From the IMG/VR virus record IMGVR_UViG_3300024313_000600: 64,000 nucleotides of DNA. One strand, given 5' to 3'. A program made the position numbers and the translations under genes. Source of the DNA: an uncultured virus (IMG/VR IMGVR_UViG_3300024313_000600) (Duplodnaviria; Heunggongvirae; Uroviricota; Caudoviricetes). How positions within the stretch are numbered: the stretch's first letter is position 1; each line of letters opens with the position of its first letter. This document shows positions 38,127 to 48,624 of the stretch, piece by piece. The notes under the pieces are model-generated. The model saw only the letters and a program-made list of their open reading frames with translations, had not been told where the DNA came from and ran no database searches.

Positions 38127-39575
38127 GTGCGTAAAAGAAGAATACCTAAAATTTTAATAAACCCTAATACTGTTGACAAGGCACCACAGAATAGGAGGAC
38201 GATAAGACCTTTAAGGTCTAGGGAGACTCCTAGAAGTAAAGACTTGTTATTTCCTGCTACATTAAATAAATTTTACAAGCCTTACGTAGAAAGGAATAGA
38301 GTTTTTATAATTGGTGGCGGTCCTTCCGTTAAAGGTATGAACTTAGATTTATTAAAAGATGAGGATACTATTTGTGTTAATGCTTCCATAAATAATGTAA
38401 TTAACCCTACATATTTCATAACAATGGATTATAGTTATTTTGATCCAAGAAGAAATATTAATACAGTAAGCCAAGTAACAGAGAAAGCTAAGTATAGTTA
38501 TTTTATTGTTAATACCGGTAATGCTTATATAAAAACAATTAATGGGGAAGTAATAGATACAAGAACTAACACCGTATATAGAGAGCTAAATAAATTTTCT
38601 GGGATTGTTTATTCAAATCATGAAAAAATACCTACAGGGTTTTCATTAGATGAAAATAAATTTGTGCATGGTAACAATAGTGGATTTTGCGCCATACAGC
38701 TAGCAATCTTATTAGGATATAAAGAAATATATCTAATAGGATTTGATTTAAGCGTAACTCAAAAACATCAACACTATCATACTAAATACGGTAACACATC
38801 AAACATTAAAAATCTGATAGAAAGCTATAAAGAATCTTTATTAGATGCAATAAGTAGCTATAAAAAAACATCAGCAAAATTTAAGTCTGTTTTAAGTACT
38901 TTAACCCCATCTCCATTAGAATCATTAATAAAAAGTAGCAAACTAAATAATATTCTAAAAAAGACTGCTGTTCTAAATAATAAAAAACCTTATATTATTG
39001 TTTCTTACTATACAGTTAATACTCCGTATGAAAAAGAAGCAGCAAAACTTAAATCATCTTTAGATAAATTAAAAATACCTTATGATATTGTTGGTGTAAA
39101 AAACTTAGGGGATTGGCAAGCTAATACTAGATTTAAGGCTAAGTTTATGGGCCAAATGTTAGATAAGCATATAGGTAAGAGTATTGTTTGGGTGGACAGT
39201 GATGCTATCATTCATTCATATCCTAAATTATTTGACAATTATAATTACGACATTGCTGTAAGATGGCAAGATTTTAGGTGGAGAAAAAATGAGTGTTTAA
39301 GTGGTACTATTTATATGGCAAATAATTCTCATATGAGAGATTTATGTAAAAGGTGGGAAGGGGAAAATATAGCAGAAGGGCCTAATGCAAAAACATTTGA
39401 GCAATGGAATTTAGGAAAGTCTATTATTGAAATGAGAACTGAAGGAAAGATTAAAGATGGTAATCTTCCACCAGAATATACCATGATTTTTGATAGTATG
39501 AGGGCCATGTATCCAGATGTTAAACCTATCATAGAGCATTTTCAAGCAAGCAGAAAATTAAAAAATAAATTGTAA
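38127..39575 (+). CDS. DUF115/Maf-like domain fused to a GT-A glycosyltransferase domain
   Basis: IGGGPSV, NNSGFCAIQLAILLGYKEIYLIGFD; C-terminal WVDSDA (DxD), LPPEY, IEHFQASR. Confidence 0.75.
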   Translation: MRKRRIPKILINPNTVDKAPQNRRTIRPLRSRETPRSKDLLFPATLNKFYKPYVERNRVFIIGGGPSVKGMNLDLLKDEDTICVNASINNVINPTYFITMDYSYFDPRRNINTVSQVTEKAKYSYFIVNTGNAYIKTINGEVIDTRTNTVYRELNKFSGIVYSNHEKIPTGFSLDENKFVHGNNSGFCAIQLAILLGYKEIYLIGFDLSVTQKHQHYHTKYGNTSNIKNLIESYKESLLDAISSYKKTSAKFKSVLSTLTPSPLESLIKSSKLNNILKKTAVLNNKKPYIIVSYYTVNTPYEKEAAKLKSSLDKLKIPYDIVGVKNLGDWQANTRFKAKFMGQMLDKHIGKSIVWVDSDAIIHSYPKLFDNYNYDIAVRWQDFRWRKNECLSGTIYMANNSHMRDLCKRWEGENIAEGPNAKTFEQWNLGKSIIEMRTEGKIKDGNLPPEYTMIFDSMRAMYPDVKPIIEHFQASRKLKNKL

Positions 39576-40231
39576 TGAGTATCCAAGATAATGATCAATT
39601 AATAATATTCACTAAAGTTTTTGATGAAGAGAAATGGTCTAATCATCAACAAGAGTCTGTGTCAGGTACTGGTTCTACTTTAAGTAATACTGAAACTCTT
39701 AGATTAGAATTGCCTAAAATTTGCAAAAAATATGGAATTGAAAATATAGTAGATATTGCATGCGGTGATTTTAATTGGATGAAAGAGATCGTAGATCAAT
39801 TTAAATTATACCGTGGTGTTGATATTGTAGATGATTTAATAAAGTCAAATAAAGATAAGTATGAAAAGAAAAATCATATAGAATTTATTAAAGCCGATGT
39901 TATTAATGATTTTTCCAAATGTATAGAAGGTAGAAATTTTGATGCTATTATTCTTAAAGATGTTTTAGTACATTTTCCAAATGAATATGTATCAAAGGTT
40001 TTAGAATCTTTACATAAATCATCTATAAGATATGTTTTTATTACTCATTTTAATTCTATTGAGGTAAATATTGATATTGAAGAGTTTAATGGTTGGAGAC
40101 CGCAAAATTTTATATTATCACCTTGGAGAATGGATAAACCATTAGAATGCATTGCATCCCCAACGGAAAAATATAAATGGGGAGATGATTATATTGCTGA
40201 CAAAACATTATCTCTCTGGCAACTAAAATAA
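39575..40231 (+). CDS. Class I SAM-dependent methyltransferase
   Basis: SGTGS, DIACGDFNWM, GVDIV, KDVLVH. Confidence 0.85.
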   Translation: MSIQDNDQLIIFTKVFDEEKWSNHQQESVSGTGSTLSNTETLRLELPKICKKYGIENIVDIACGDFNWMKEIVDQFKLYRGVDIVDDLIKSNKDKYEKKNHIEFIKADVINDFSKCIEGRNFDAIILKDVLVHFPNEYVSKVLESLHKSSIRYVFITHFNSIEVNIDIEEFNGWRPQNFILSPWRMDKPLECIASPTEKYKWGDDYIADKTLSLWQLK

Positions 40232-40238
40232 TAATAAT

Positions 40239-40931
40239 ATGATAAATAATTACTTTGATAAAATAATTTGTATAAATTTAGATAAAAGAAAAGATAGGTT
40301 AGAAGAATCCTGGAAACAATGGAGTGCTAATAATCTTATCGTAGAAAGAATGTCAGCAGTAGAAGGAAATCCTATGGGATGGAAACATGTAACTGAAAGA
40401 GATGCAGGTATTAATGCAATTAGGCGAGCTTCTTGGAACGGCGCAGCAGGGTGTATGGCAAGTCATGTAAATATTTGGAAAAGAGCAAAGGCAGAAGGCT
40501 GGAAGAATGTTTTAGTAGTTGAAGATGATTGTGATTTTGTACCAGAATTACATAATAAGTTTAGTAAATTAATAAAGGAAGTTCCTGCTGATTGGGATAT
40601 GTTGTATTTTGGAGGAATTCATGAAGATCGTGGGGGAAGATTCATTCCAGAAAAAATTAGTGAAAATGTAGTAAAGTGTGCAAGAATGATTACCACTACA
40701 TGTTATGCTATTAATGAAAGTTGTTATGATTTAGCAATAAATTCTGTTCTTGCTGAAGAGCCTTGGTTTTATACTGCAGTTGATGGTTATTTAGCAGCAG
40801 TTGTTCAACCTAAGTGTAATGCTTATGCTTTCAATCCACCTCTTGCTTGGCAGAGAGGAAGTCACAGTGACATTCAAGATGGGTTTAGAGATTATAGTAC
40901 AAGAATGAAAGTAAAATATAATGCTAAATGA
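40239..40931 (+). CDS. Glycosyltransferase family 25-like
   Basis: CINLDKRKDR, GC..SH...W, VEDD, DWDMLYFG. Confidence 0.85.
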   Translation: MINNYFDKIICINLDKRKDRLEESWKQWSANNLIVERMSAVEGNPMGWKHVTERDAGINAIRRASWNGAAGCMASHVNIWKRAKAEGWKNVLVVEDDCDFVPELHNKFSKLIKEVPADWDMLYFGGIHEDRGGRFIPEKISENVVKCARMITTTCYAINESCYDLAINSVLAEEPWFYTAVDGYLAAVVQPKCNAYAFNPPLAWQRGSHSDIQDGFRDYSTRMKVKYNAK

Positions 40932-41707
40932 TAACTTGTAGACTAAAAGGTGGGTTAGGTAATATGATGTTTCAAACTTCTTTTATACAATATGAAGGTT
41001 TTATGGGAAATCTTAAAACAGGGTATTGGAATATTGATCAAAATCTACAGCACCTAAATAATGATAAAGTACATAATCCTAAATTAAATCATGCTACTGA
41101 TTATTTAAAAATTTTTAAAAATTTTAATTGGCCTAAGATAGAAAAACCACCAACTAATAGAAAAGCTGTACCTTTCCACTATGAATCTTTTAAAGTTACA
41201 GATGATACTTTATATGATGGTTTTTTTCAATCAGAAAAATACTTTCCAAATAAAACTCTAATTTTAAATTTATTTGAGCCTAGTGAATTTACAAATCATC
41301 AATTAATAAAATATGATAATCTATTAAAAGGCGTAACTTGTAGCATTCATATAAGAAGAGGTGATTACTTAAATTATGGTTTACACGCAGTAAGAGACAT
41401 GGATTATTACCAAAAAGGAATGGACTGTGTAGGTGAGGTAGATAGGTATTTAATTTTTAGTGATGATTTAGATTGGTGTAAGAAAAATTTTATTGGAGAT
41501 AAGTTTGTATTTATTGATAATGAAAAAGATTATGTAGAAATGTTTTTACAATCTAAATGTACACATAATATAATTTCAAGTTCTTCATTTTCTTGGTGGG
41601 GTGCTTATTTAAATAAAAATGCAAATAAAAAAGTAATAGGCCCTGCTCAATGGTTTACTTCAGTAAGAGGCAATAATATAATACCCGAAAGATGGCAAAC
41701 TATTTAG
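40928..41707 (+). CDS. Alpha-1,2-fucosyltransferase (GT11-like)
   Basis: GGLGNMMFQ, GFFQSEKYF, HIRRGDY, FSDD..WC, SSFSWWGAYL. Confidence 0.9.
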   Translation: MITCRLKGGLGNMMFQTSFIQYEGFMGNLKTGYWNIDQNLQHLNNDKVHNPKLNHATDYLKIFKNFNWPKIEKPPTNRKAVPFHYESFKVTDDTLYDGFFQSEKYFPNKTLILNLFEPSEFTNHQLIKYDNLLKGVTCSIHIRRGDYLNYGLHAVRDMDYYQKGMDCVGEVDRYLIFSDDLDWCKKNFIGDKFVFIDNEKDYVEMFLQSKCTHNIISSSSFSWWGAYLNKNANKKVIGPAQWFTSVRGNNIIPERWQTI

Positions 41708-42573
41708 CAAAAAATTCAAGATATTGGTTAATGGTAAATTTACCTTTTCCTTCTGTTTTAGTTCGTAGGCAATATCAGCCTCAGCAAGTTCAAAATCTAA
41801 GAAACACTAATCCTGGCGCAAAAATATTCTTTATACATTTTGAAGAACCGTTAAGAAATAGTAAACCTTCAGCAGATGTTATACGTGATGCTCATTTATT
41901 TGATCTTATTTTTACCACTGATAGAAATATTGTTAATGCAGTTCCTCATGCACATTGGTCTCCTTTAGCAGAATGTTGGACAAATGGTAGTATGACATGC
42001 CATAGCAAAATTGATAGAACTCATGAAGTTACAGAAAAAGAATTCAGTGTAAGTTTTAATAGTACATCTAAAATGTATCGAGGTGGCCCTTATGCTATAA
42101 GAAAGGATATTTGGGAAGCTTCAGATAAAATTAATATTCCTATAAAATTCTTTGATAGTAATGAAAGCCCTACGTCTGCATTTGGTACAACCAAAAAATT
42201 CCCATTACTTCCACAAGGTAAACAGTTTGAAATCAGTGATAAGATTATTTTATATAAATCTATGTTTAACATATGTCCTGAAAATAATGATGATGAAAAT
42301 TTTAGCCAAAGATTAATAGATTGCTTTATTAATAAAACTATACCTATTTATAAAGGTTACAAAAACATTCATGAACATTTTAATAGAGAAGGGATGATTA
42401 TAGTAAAAGATGGTGAGGATGCTATTAATAAAATTAATCAACTAACACCTGATTATTATAATAAAAGATTAGGAGCTATAGAAGATAATTATAAAAGATG
42501 TTTACTAAACCAATATCATTTATCACCAGGGGATAGGATATCTAATAAAATTAAAAAAATATACGGAGTATGA
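41692..42573 (+). CDS. GT10-like (alpha-1,3/4-fucosyltransferase-type) glycosyltransferase
   Basis: MFNICPEN....FSQRLIDCF..KTIPIY.G. Confidence 0.65.
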   Translation: MANYLAKNSRYWLMVNLPFPSVLVRRQYQPQQVQNLRNTNPGAKIFFIHFEEPLRNSKPSADVIRDAHLFDLIFTTDRNIVNAVPHAHWSPLAECWTNGSMTCHSKIDRTHEVTEKEFSVSFNSTSKMYRGGPYAIRKDIWEASDKINIPIKFFDSNESPTSAFGTTKKFPLLPQGKQFEISDKIILYKSMFNICPENNDDENFSQRLIDCFINKTIPIYKGYKNIHEHFNREGMIIVKDGEDAINKINQLTPDYYNKRLGAIEDNYKRCLLNQYHLSPGDRISNKIKKIYGV

Positions 42574-43178
42574 ATGAAGTAGCAAAGTTCTTAGCCGAAA
42601 AGGGCGACTATACCCTTAGGTTAAATTATAACTTAGATAAAGATTCTATAGTTATAGATGCAGGTGGTTATAAAGGTTGGTTTGCCGAAAACATATATAA
42701 CAAATATAAATGCAATGTTTATGTATTTGAGCCTGTAAAAGAATATTATGATTTAATAGTAAATAAATTTAAAGGTAATTCAAAGATAAAAGTTTTTCAT
42801 TATGGATTAGGTGGATTGACTCAATCTCTTAAAATAAACTTACAGGGTGATGGAACCTCTGTGCATACTACAAACGGTAAATTTACCGGCACAGAATTAA
42901 TAAAAGTTGTAAATATTTTAGATTGTTTAAATGAATTAAAATTAGAAAAGGTAGATTTACTAAAGCTAAATATAGAAGGGGAAGAATATTCATTACTTGA
43001 AGCTGTAATTAAAAATAATGAACTAAAAAGATTTTCTGATATTCAAATACAATTTCATAATTTTATTGATAAGGCAGAAGAAAGAAGAGATAGTATAAGA
43101 AAGACCCTTAGTAAAGATTTTACTTTAGAGTATGACTTTAAATTTGTATGGGAAGGTTGGAAAAAAATAATTAAATAA
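42570..43178 (+). CDS. FkbM-family methyltransferase
   Basis: IDAGGYKG, FEPV, DLLKLNIEGEEY, QIQFH. Confidence 0.85.
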   Translation: MNEVAKFLAEKGDYTLRLNYNLDKDSIVIDAGGYKGWFAENIYNKYKCNVYVFEPVKEYYDLIVNKFKGNSKIKVFHYGLGGLTQSLKINLQGDGTSVHTTNGKFTGTELIKVVNILDCLNELKLEKVDLLKLNIEGEEYSLLEAVIKNNELKRFSDIQIQFHNFIDKAEERRDSIRKTLSKDFTLEYDFKFVWEGWKKIIK

Positions 43179-43179
43179 T

Positions 43180-43791
43180 ATGGAAAGATATGATGTCATA
43201 CAAACAATAATTAATAAAACTAAAGCCGAGTATTATTTAGAAATAGGTGCAGGTGGCGGTATTAATTTTAATGAAATTAAATGTAATAAAAAGTTTTTAG
43301 TAGAACCTTTTCCAAAGCTATTATCTGGCCTTGAAGATAAAGTAAAAATAACTCATAAGCTTACTTCTGATGATTTCTTTAAACAAAATAAAGAAACCTT
43401 TGATGTTATCTTTCTTGATGGTTTACACACAGCAGATCAAATAAGTAAAGATATTATTAATTCTTTAGATGTATTAAATGAAGGAGGTTATATTATTTGT
43501 CATGATATGAATCCAACATCTGAATTGATGCAAAGAAATCCACCTTTAAATTTAAATATGCCGTGGACTGGAGATGTTTGGAAATCATTTGTAAAATTAA
43601 AATCTAACAGAAAAGATCTAAGCATGTTTGTGGTAGATGCATGCTTTGGTTGTGGTGTTATAAGTAAAGGAAACCAAAAATTATTAAAAATTAAAGAAGA
43701 ATTAACTTATGAACTATTAGAAAAAAATAGAAAAGAGTTATTGGATCTTCTTTCAGTAGATGAATTTCTCAGTCGCATAAATAAAAAATAA
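43180..43791 (+). CDS. Class I SAM methyltransferase (Methyltransf_24-like)
   Basis: YLEIG, TSDDFF, FDVIFLDGLH, GGYIICHD, WTGDVWK. Confidence 0.85.
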   Translation: MERYDVIQTIINKTKAEYYLEIGAGGGINFNEIKCNKKFLVEPFPKLLSGLEDKVKITHKLTSDDFFKQNKETFDVIFLDGLHTADQISKDIINSLDVLNEGGYIICHDMNPTSELMQRNPPLNLNMPWTGDVWKSFVKLKSNRKDLSMFVVDACFGCGVISKGNQKLLKIKEELTYELLEKNRKELLDLLSVDEFLSRINKK

Positions 43792-43794
43792 ATT

Positions 43795-44211
43795 ATGGAA
43801 AAAATATATTCAAAAGTAGATCCTACAAAGCTATTACATATAGTACAAAGATTGGATAAAATAACAGAACCTAGAGTTGATTTAATACCAGAAGAACATT
43901 TCATTCAATGCTCTACTTTAAAAATGGAAAATGGTAAAACATTTAAACCACATAAACATATTTGGAAAAATAGAACTAGAGATGTTATTGCACAAGAATC
44001 ATGGATTGTAATAAAAGGTAAAGTTAAATGTATTTTTTATGATATTGATGATCAAATTATAGCAACTCCTATATTAAATCCAGGTGATGCTTCTTTTACC
44101 TTAGAAGGTGGTCATACATATGAAATATTAGAAGATGATACTTTAGTGTACGAATATAAAACTGGGCCTTATGAAGGGCAAAAATTAGACAAGACTTTTT
44201 TAGATGAATAA
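43795..44211 (+). CDS. WbuC-like cupin (sugar isomerase/epimerase)
   Basis: PHKH, QE..IV..G, GGH, EYKTGPY. Confidence 0.75.
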   Translation: MEKIYSKVDPTKLLHIVQRLDKITEPRVDLIPEEHFIQCSTLKMENGKTFKPHKHIWKNRTRDVIAQESWIVIKGKVKCIFYDIDDQIIATPILNPGDASFTLEGGHTYEILEDDTLVYEYKTGPYEGQKLDKTFLDE

Positions 44212-45148
44212 TTTTTATAATATATCACCAACATGTTATGGGTGGGGTTACGGATATGGATTCTTTTCAAATTATAGAATGTGTTTGGAGCAAATCATAA
44301 TACATCATAAAAATAAAGAGAAGACAGTACCTTATATTGATTGGAGTAAAACAACTTTTGTTGATGGTTTTAATCCTTTTGCCGATTCTTCATATAATGG
44401 TGTTGGTAGGCATGGATCTAATGTAATTATACCTAAAGGAAATCCTTTTGATTTATGGTTTGATCAACCAATACCGCAAGATAATGATAAAATTGATTAT
44501 TGGAAAGGTACAGATATCATGTCTGTAATTGATCACGGTAAACATTATTATAATGAACCATCTAAATTAAAAGAACAACAACATATTGATGAACTTTACA
44601 TAAAGCCTAAAAAACATATACTAAATAAGATTAATGAAATATATGAAAAGGAATTTAAGGATCATGTAGTACTAGGTGTAATGGCCAGAGGCTGTGAATA
44701 TAATAGTAAAGATTATAAGAATAATATTGATGCAGACCATCCAGTGTTCGGGCAATTTTTAGTAAAAGATTATATAAAAGGTATAAAGAAAATCCTTAAA
44801 GAAAATCCTGATATAACTAAACTATTTTTTGCAAGTGAAGAACAAGAATATGTAAATGAATTAAGTAAAGAATTTCCTAATTCTTATTTTATGAAAGATG
44901 TATTTAGAAGAACAGATGAATCTATGGATTACATAACAAAATATATGTGTTGGCCTAATATATCAGCTAAAAGAAATAATCAATGTAAATTGTTAGGAGA
45001 AGAAACAATTATTCAAACTAAGCTTTTAGGTATGAGTAATTATTTTTATGGTAGATTATCAGGTATATTTACAGGGACTATGTTATGGGGCAAAGAATTT
45101 AATAAAGTTTATAAAACATGTTCAACTAATGGAAGCAAAGAAATATAA
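44204..45148 (+). CDS. NodZ/O-fucosyltransferase-like glycosyltransferase
   Basis: GFFSN, LGVMARG.E, LFFASEE. Confidence 0.65.
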   Translation: MNNFYNISPTCYGWGYGYGFFSNYRMCLEQIIIHHKNKEKTVPYIDWSKTTFVDGFNPFADSSYNGVGRHGSNVIIPKGNPFDLWFDQPIPQDNDKIDYWKGTDIMSVIDHGKHYYNEPSKLKEQQHIDELYIKPKKHILNKINEIYEKEFKDHVVLGVMARGCEYNSKDYKNNIDADHPVFGQFLVKDYIKGIKKILKENPDITKLFFASEEQEYVNELSKEFPNSYFMKDVFRRTDESMDYITKYMCWPNISAKRNNQCKLLGEETIIQTKLLGMSNYFYGRLSGIFTGTMLWGKEFNKVYKTCSTNGSKEI

Positions 45149-45968
45149 ATTAGAGTTTATTAAAATAGCACCTTCTTTTGAATTCGCAGGGGTTGGTTTT
45201 GCAGGTAATGTGTTTATCACTCTTAATGCATTAACTTATATTAATGATTCCGATAGAATGTATGTGGATATGGAAACTAATGAATGCTGCTGTACTGAAA
45301 AGGATTCATTTTTACATGACACTTATAATTCATGGGAATATTATTTTGATCAAATATCAATAAATGAAAAGGATGATTTAAAATATATGAATAGTAAAAC
45401 CAGACCGAACATTCATTATGACATACAAAAAGATTTTTTAAATCCTAATAATTACATAGACTTAAAAAATAAATTCTTTAATAACTTTAAAATTAAAGAT
45501 TATCTAAAATCAGAAATAGATGATTTTTATAAAACTAACATTAAAGATAAACCAACATTAGGAGTACAGATAAGACTAACTGATTACAGTGCTCTTTTAG
45601 GATCTAACCCTAAAGTTAATAAATTTGCTGATAAGATTAATTCCATTTTAAAAGAAAATTCTGATATTAAACAAGTATTTTTAGCTACAGATGATCACAG
45701 AGCGATTAAAGAATTACAATCTCTTATAAGTGTTCCTGTTATTTATTGGCCTAATATGTTTAGAGCTGATGATGAAAATTTACATTCTACTCCTTATGAA
45801 AGATTTACTGCTGACCGAGAAAATCATAGGTATAAGTTAGGAACAGAGTGTATGAAAGAAATATTTACATTAACCAAGTGTAAGTATTTTTTAAAGGCTC
45901 ATAAATCATCTGTCTCTATAGTAGCTACTATTTTATCAGAAAACATACAAAAGATTTACGGAGTATGA
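45129..45968 (+). CDS. NodZ/O-fucosyltransferase-like glycosyltransferase
   Basis: Start revised to ATG 45129; NSWEYYFDQ, LGVQIRLTD, FLATDD, SSVS. Confidence 0.7.
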   Translation: MEAKKYKLEFIKIAPSFEFAGVGFAGNVFITLNALTYINDSDRMYVDMETNECCCTEKDSFLHDTYNSWEYYFDQISINEKDDLKYMNSKTRPNIHYDIQKDFLNPNNYIDLKNKFFNNFKIKDYLKSEIDDFYKTNIKDKPTLGVQIRLTDYSALLGSNPKVNKFADKINSILKENSDIKQVFLATDDHRAIKELQSLISVPVIYWPNMFRADDENLHSTPYERFTADRENHRYKLGTECMKEIFTLTKCKYFLKAHKSSVSIVATILSENIQKIYGV

Positions 45969-46651
45969 TATATGTAATAGGAGATAGTCATTCAAGTTTA
46001 TTCAACGGTTATGATGGTAAGAAAGGTCATTTTATTCAGCCTCAGTATGGATATTGTTATAAAATACAAAACGGTAAGTTTATAATTCTTAATCAACCAC
46101 ATAATCCTTTTTTACAAAACGATCCTAATTTTACAGCGATAAGGACTGGTCCTAATACAGCATATAACATGATAACAAAAACTGGAATGGTGGATGAAAT
46201 TATTAAAGAATATAAGATATGCAAAGAAAAGGATTATATTTTATTTGTATATGGCGAAATTGATACGCGTATGCATATAGGTAAACAAGAAGAATTAGGA
46301 AGAAATGTTAGAGGTGTTATAAATGAAATTACAGATCGCTATTTTAATTTTGTAAAAAAATACAAGAATGAAGGATATAATGTTTTGGTATGGGGTGTAC
46401 CTCCTAGTGGCATTAGTGACAATAAAGCTCATCATTTGTATAATTCACCAAAGAAAAGAAATGTATTATCTAAGCTAATGAATGAGCAGTTTAATAATAG
46501 GTGCGAAGCTTTAGACATTAACTTTATAAGTATATGGGATAATATAGTTAGTGAAGGCGATTATTATCATTATTTCCAAGATGCCATTCATTTAAGTTAT
46601 GTTGCATGTAAAGACTTAATTAATCAAAAACTAAAATCTTACTATGAATAA
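45965..46651 (+). CDS. SGNH/GDSL-fold hydrolase or O-acyltransferase
   Basis: IGDSH, GEID.R, DAIH. Confidence 0.75.
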   Translation: MIYVIGDSHSSLFNGYDGKKGHFIQPQYGYCYKIQNGKFIILNQPHNPFLQNDPNFTAIRTGPNTAYNMITKTGMVDEIIKEYKICKEKDYILFVYGEIDTRMHIGKQEELGRNVRGVINEITDRYFNFVKKYKNEGYNVLVWGVPPSGISDNKAHHLYNSPKKRNVLSKLMNEQFNNRCEALDINFISIWDNIVSEGDYYHYFQDAIHLSYVACKDLINQKLKSYYE

Positions 46652-47477
46652 GATTATACAATTTCATAAGATAGGCCAGTCTCATAGATTTGCTGGAGCA
46701 GGCTTTGGTAGTAATATAACAATTGCTCTTAATATTATTAACAACTTATCAACGGATGATACTGTTTACATAGATATGGAAACTGTACCTTGTGTATGCA
46801 CAGAAGAAAATTTTAACAAATTTAATACTTCTAATTGTTGGGAATATTATTATGATCAAATATCTTTACCTAAAGGTGCCGAGATTATAAGTAGTTTAAA
46901 AACAGACTTTGATAAACCTAACTTTGATTATAGAGATGTTAACCTATCTGATTATTCTAACTTACAATACAAATTTAATAAATCATTTAAACTTAAAGAT
47001 TATATTAAAGAAGAATTAGATCTTTATTATAATAATGTATTAAAAGGAAAACAAACTTTAGGTGTTCATATAAGATTAACTGATATGGCTCATCATAATA
47101 ATCGCTATTACAATAATAAAAACCCTTTGGATAGTTACATTAATAAAATTAAATCTATCTTATCAGAAAACCCTAATATAAATCAAATCTTTATTGCAAC
47201 TGATGATAGCAAAGTATTACCTATAATAGAAAAAAGTTTTAATATACCAGTAGTTTATCATAACCTTTATCGTGCCACTAACGAAAGGAATCATATTGAT
47301 CCTTATGAGAGATATGAAGATGATAGAAAATTTCATAAATATTATATGGGTTTAGAATGTATTAAAGAAATTTACACTTTAAGTAAATGTAATTACTTTT
47401 TAAAAGCACCAGTATCTGCCATTTCAAATACTGCTGTTTATTTAAGTACTTCAATTAATAAGCTATACAAATTATAA
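46644..47477 (+). CDS. NodZ/O-fucosyltransferase-like glycosyltransferase (paralog of 45129-45968)
   Basis: NCWEYYYDQ, LGVHIRLTD, FIATDD. Confidence 0.7.
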   Translation: MNKIIQFHKIGQSHRFAGAGFGSNITIALNIINNLSTDDTVYIDMETVPCVCTEENFNKFNTSNCWEYYYDQISLPKGAEIISSLKTDFDKPNFDYRDVNLSDYSNLQYKFNKSFKLKDYIKEELDLYYNNVLKGKQTLGVHIRLTDMAHHNNRYYNNKNPLDSYINKIKSILSENPNINQIFIATDDSKVLPIIEKSFNIPVVYHNLYRATNERNHIDPYERYEDDRKFHKYYMGLECIKEIYTLSKCNYFLKAPVSAISNTAVYLSTSINKLYKL

Positions 47478-47508
47478 ACAAAATATAGTTAGAGCCATAT
47501 AATTAATA

Positions 47509-47940
47509 ATGGATAAAAAAATAATATTTAGAAAAGTTGAAAGAAAAGATTTAGATAAAGTCTTTCCTTTATTACAGCAATTAACAAAGATAGATTATTC
47601 TTCTAGGGATAAATCAGAATGTTGGGATTCATTTATTTCTAATACTTCTTCTAACTCAATTGTAGGTATATATGATAATGAAATTGTTGCTTACGGTGCA
47701 GTTGTAATAGAAAGTAAAATTAGAGGGGAATCTGCTGGCCACATTGAAGATATAGTTGTTGATAATAAAGTAAGAGGAAAAAGAATAGGTGTTGATCTTA
47801 TTAAAGAATTGGTTAAAATTGCAAAAGAAAAACGATGTTACAGAGTAACTTTATTTTGTGATGAGTCTCTGGTTAATTTTTATGATAAGAATGGTTTTGA
47901 GGTAAGTGGTACTGCTATGAAAGTTCATTTAGTTAATTAA
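47509..47940 (+). CDS. GNAT N-acetyltransferase, glucosamine-6-phosphate acetyltransferase (GNA1)-like
   Basis: LLQQLT, GHIEDIVVD...RGK.IG, CYRVTL.C, FY.K.GF. Confidence 0.8.
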   Translation: MDKKIIFRKVERKDLDKVFPLLQQLTKIDYSSRDKSECWDSFISNTSSNSIVGIYDNEIVAYGAVVIESKIRGESAGHIEDIVVDNKVRGKRIGVDLIKELVKIAKEKRCYRVTLFCDESLVNFYDKNGFEVSGTAMKVHLVN

Positions 47941-47975
47941 ATTTACTATAATATATAATAAAATAAAAATAGTAT

Positions 47976-48608
47976 ATGAGTTTTGAAAATGTAACAAAAT
48001 TAGAAGAAAGGCTTGCAGAATTTTTTGGAGCACCGTATGCAGTCTGCTTAGATGCATGTACACACGGAATTGAATTATGTTTAAGATTACAAAACATTGG
48101 AACAATTACAGTACCAAAAAGAACTTATATATCTGTTCCTTTCTTGGCTAATAAATTAAATATTAATTTAGAGTGGAGAGATGAAGAGTGGCAAGATTAT
48201 TATAAAGTTAATGAACATTTCAAACCTATTTATGATGCAGCAGTATTATGGAAAAAAGATAGTTACATCCCAGGATCATTTATGTGTTTAAGTTTTCAAT
48301 TCCAAAAACATTTATCTTTAGGAAGAGGCGGTGCTATTCTTTGTGATACTAAAGAAGATGCAATTGCTTTAAAGAAAATGTCATATGATGGAAGAATTCC
48401 TAATATACCGTGGAGAGATCAAGATATAGAAACATATGGGTATCATTATTATATGACACCAGAAACTGCTCAATTAGGTTTAGATAAATTTGATGATGCA
48501 GTTAAAACGAAACCTAAGCAATGGGTAATAACAGATTGGCCTGATTTAACCAAGATGGCTGTGTTTAATAAAAAAGAAGAGGTAGATCCTTATTTACAAA
48601 CTCGATAA
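47976..48608 (+). CDS. Short DegT/DnrJ/EryC1/StrS-family aminotransferase
   Basis: LAEFFGAPYAV, DAA, SFQFQKHL..GRGGAIL, GYHYYM; 210 aa. Confidence 0.78.
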   Translation: MSFENVTKLEERLAEFFGAPYAVCLDACTHGIELCLRLQNIGTITVPKRTYISVPFLANKLNINLEWRDEEWQDYYKVNEHFKPIYDAAVLWKKDSYIPGSFMCLSFQFQKHLSLGRGGAILCDTKEDAIALKKMSYDGRIPNIPWRDQDIETYGYHYYMTPETAQLGLDKFDDAVKTKPKQWVITDWPDLTKMAVFNKKEEVDPYLQTR

Positions 48609-48624
48609 TTAAAATAAAAAGAAA

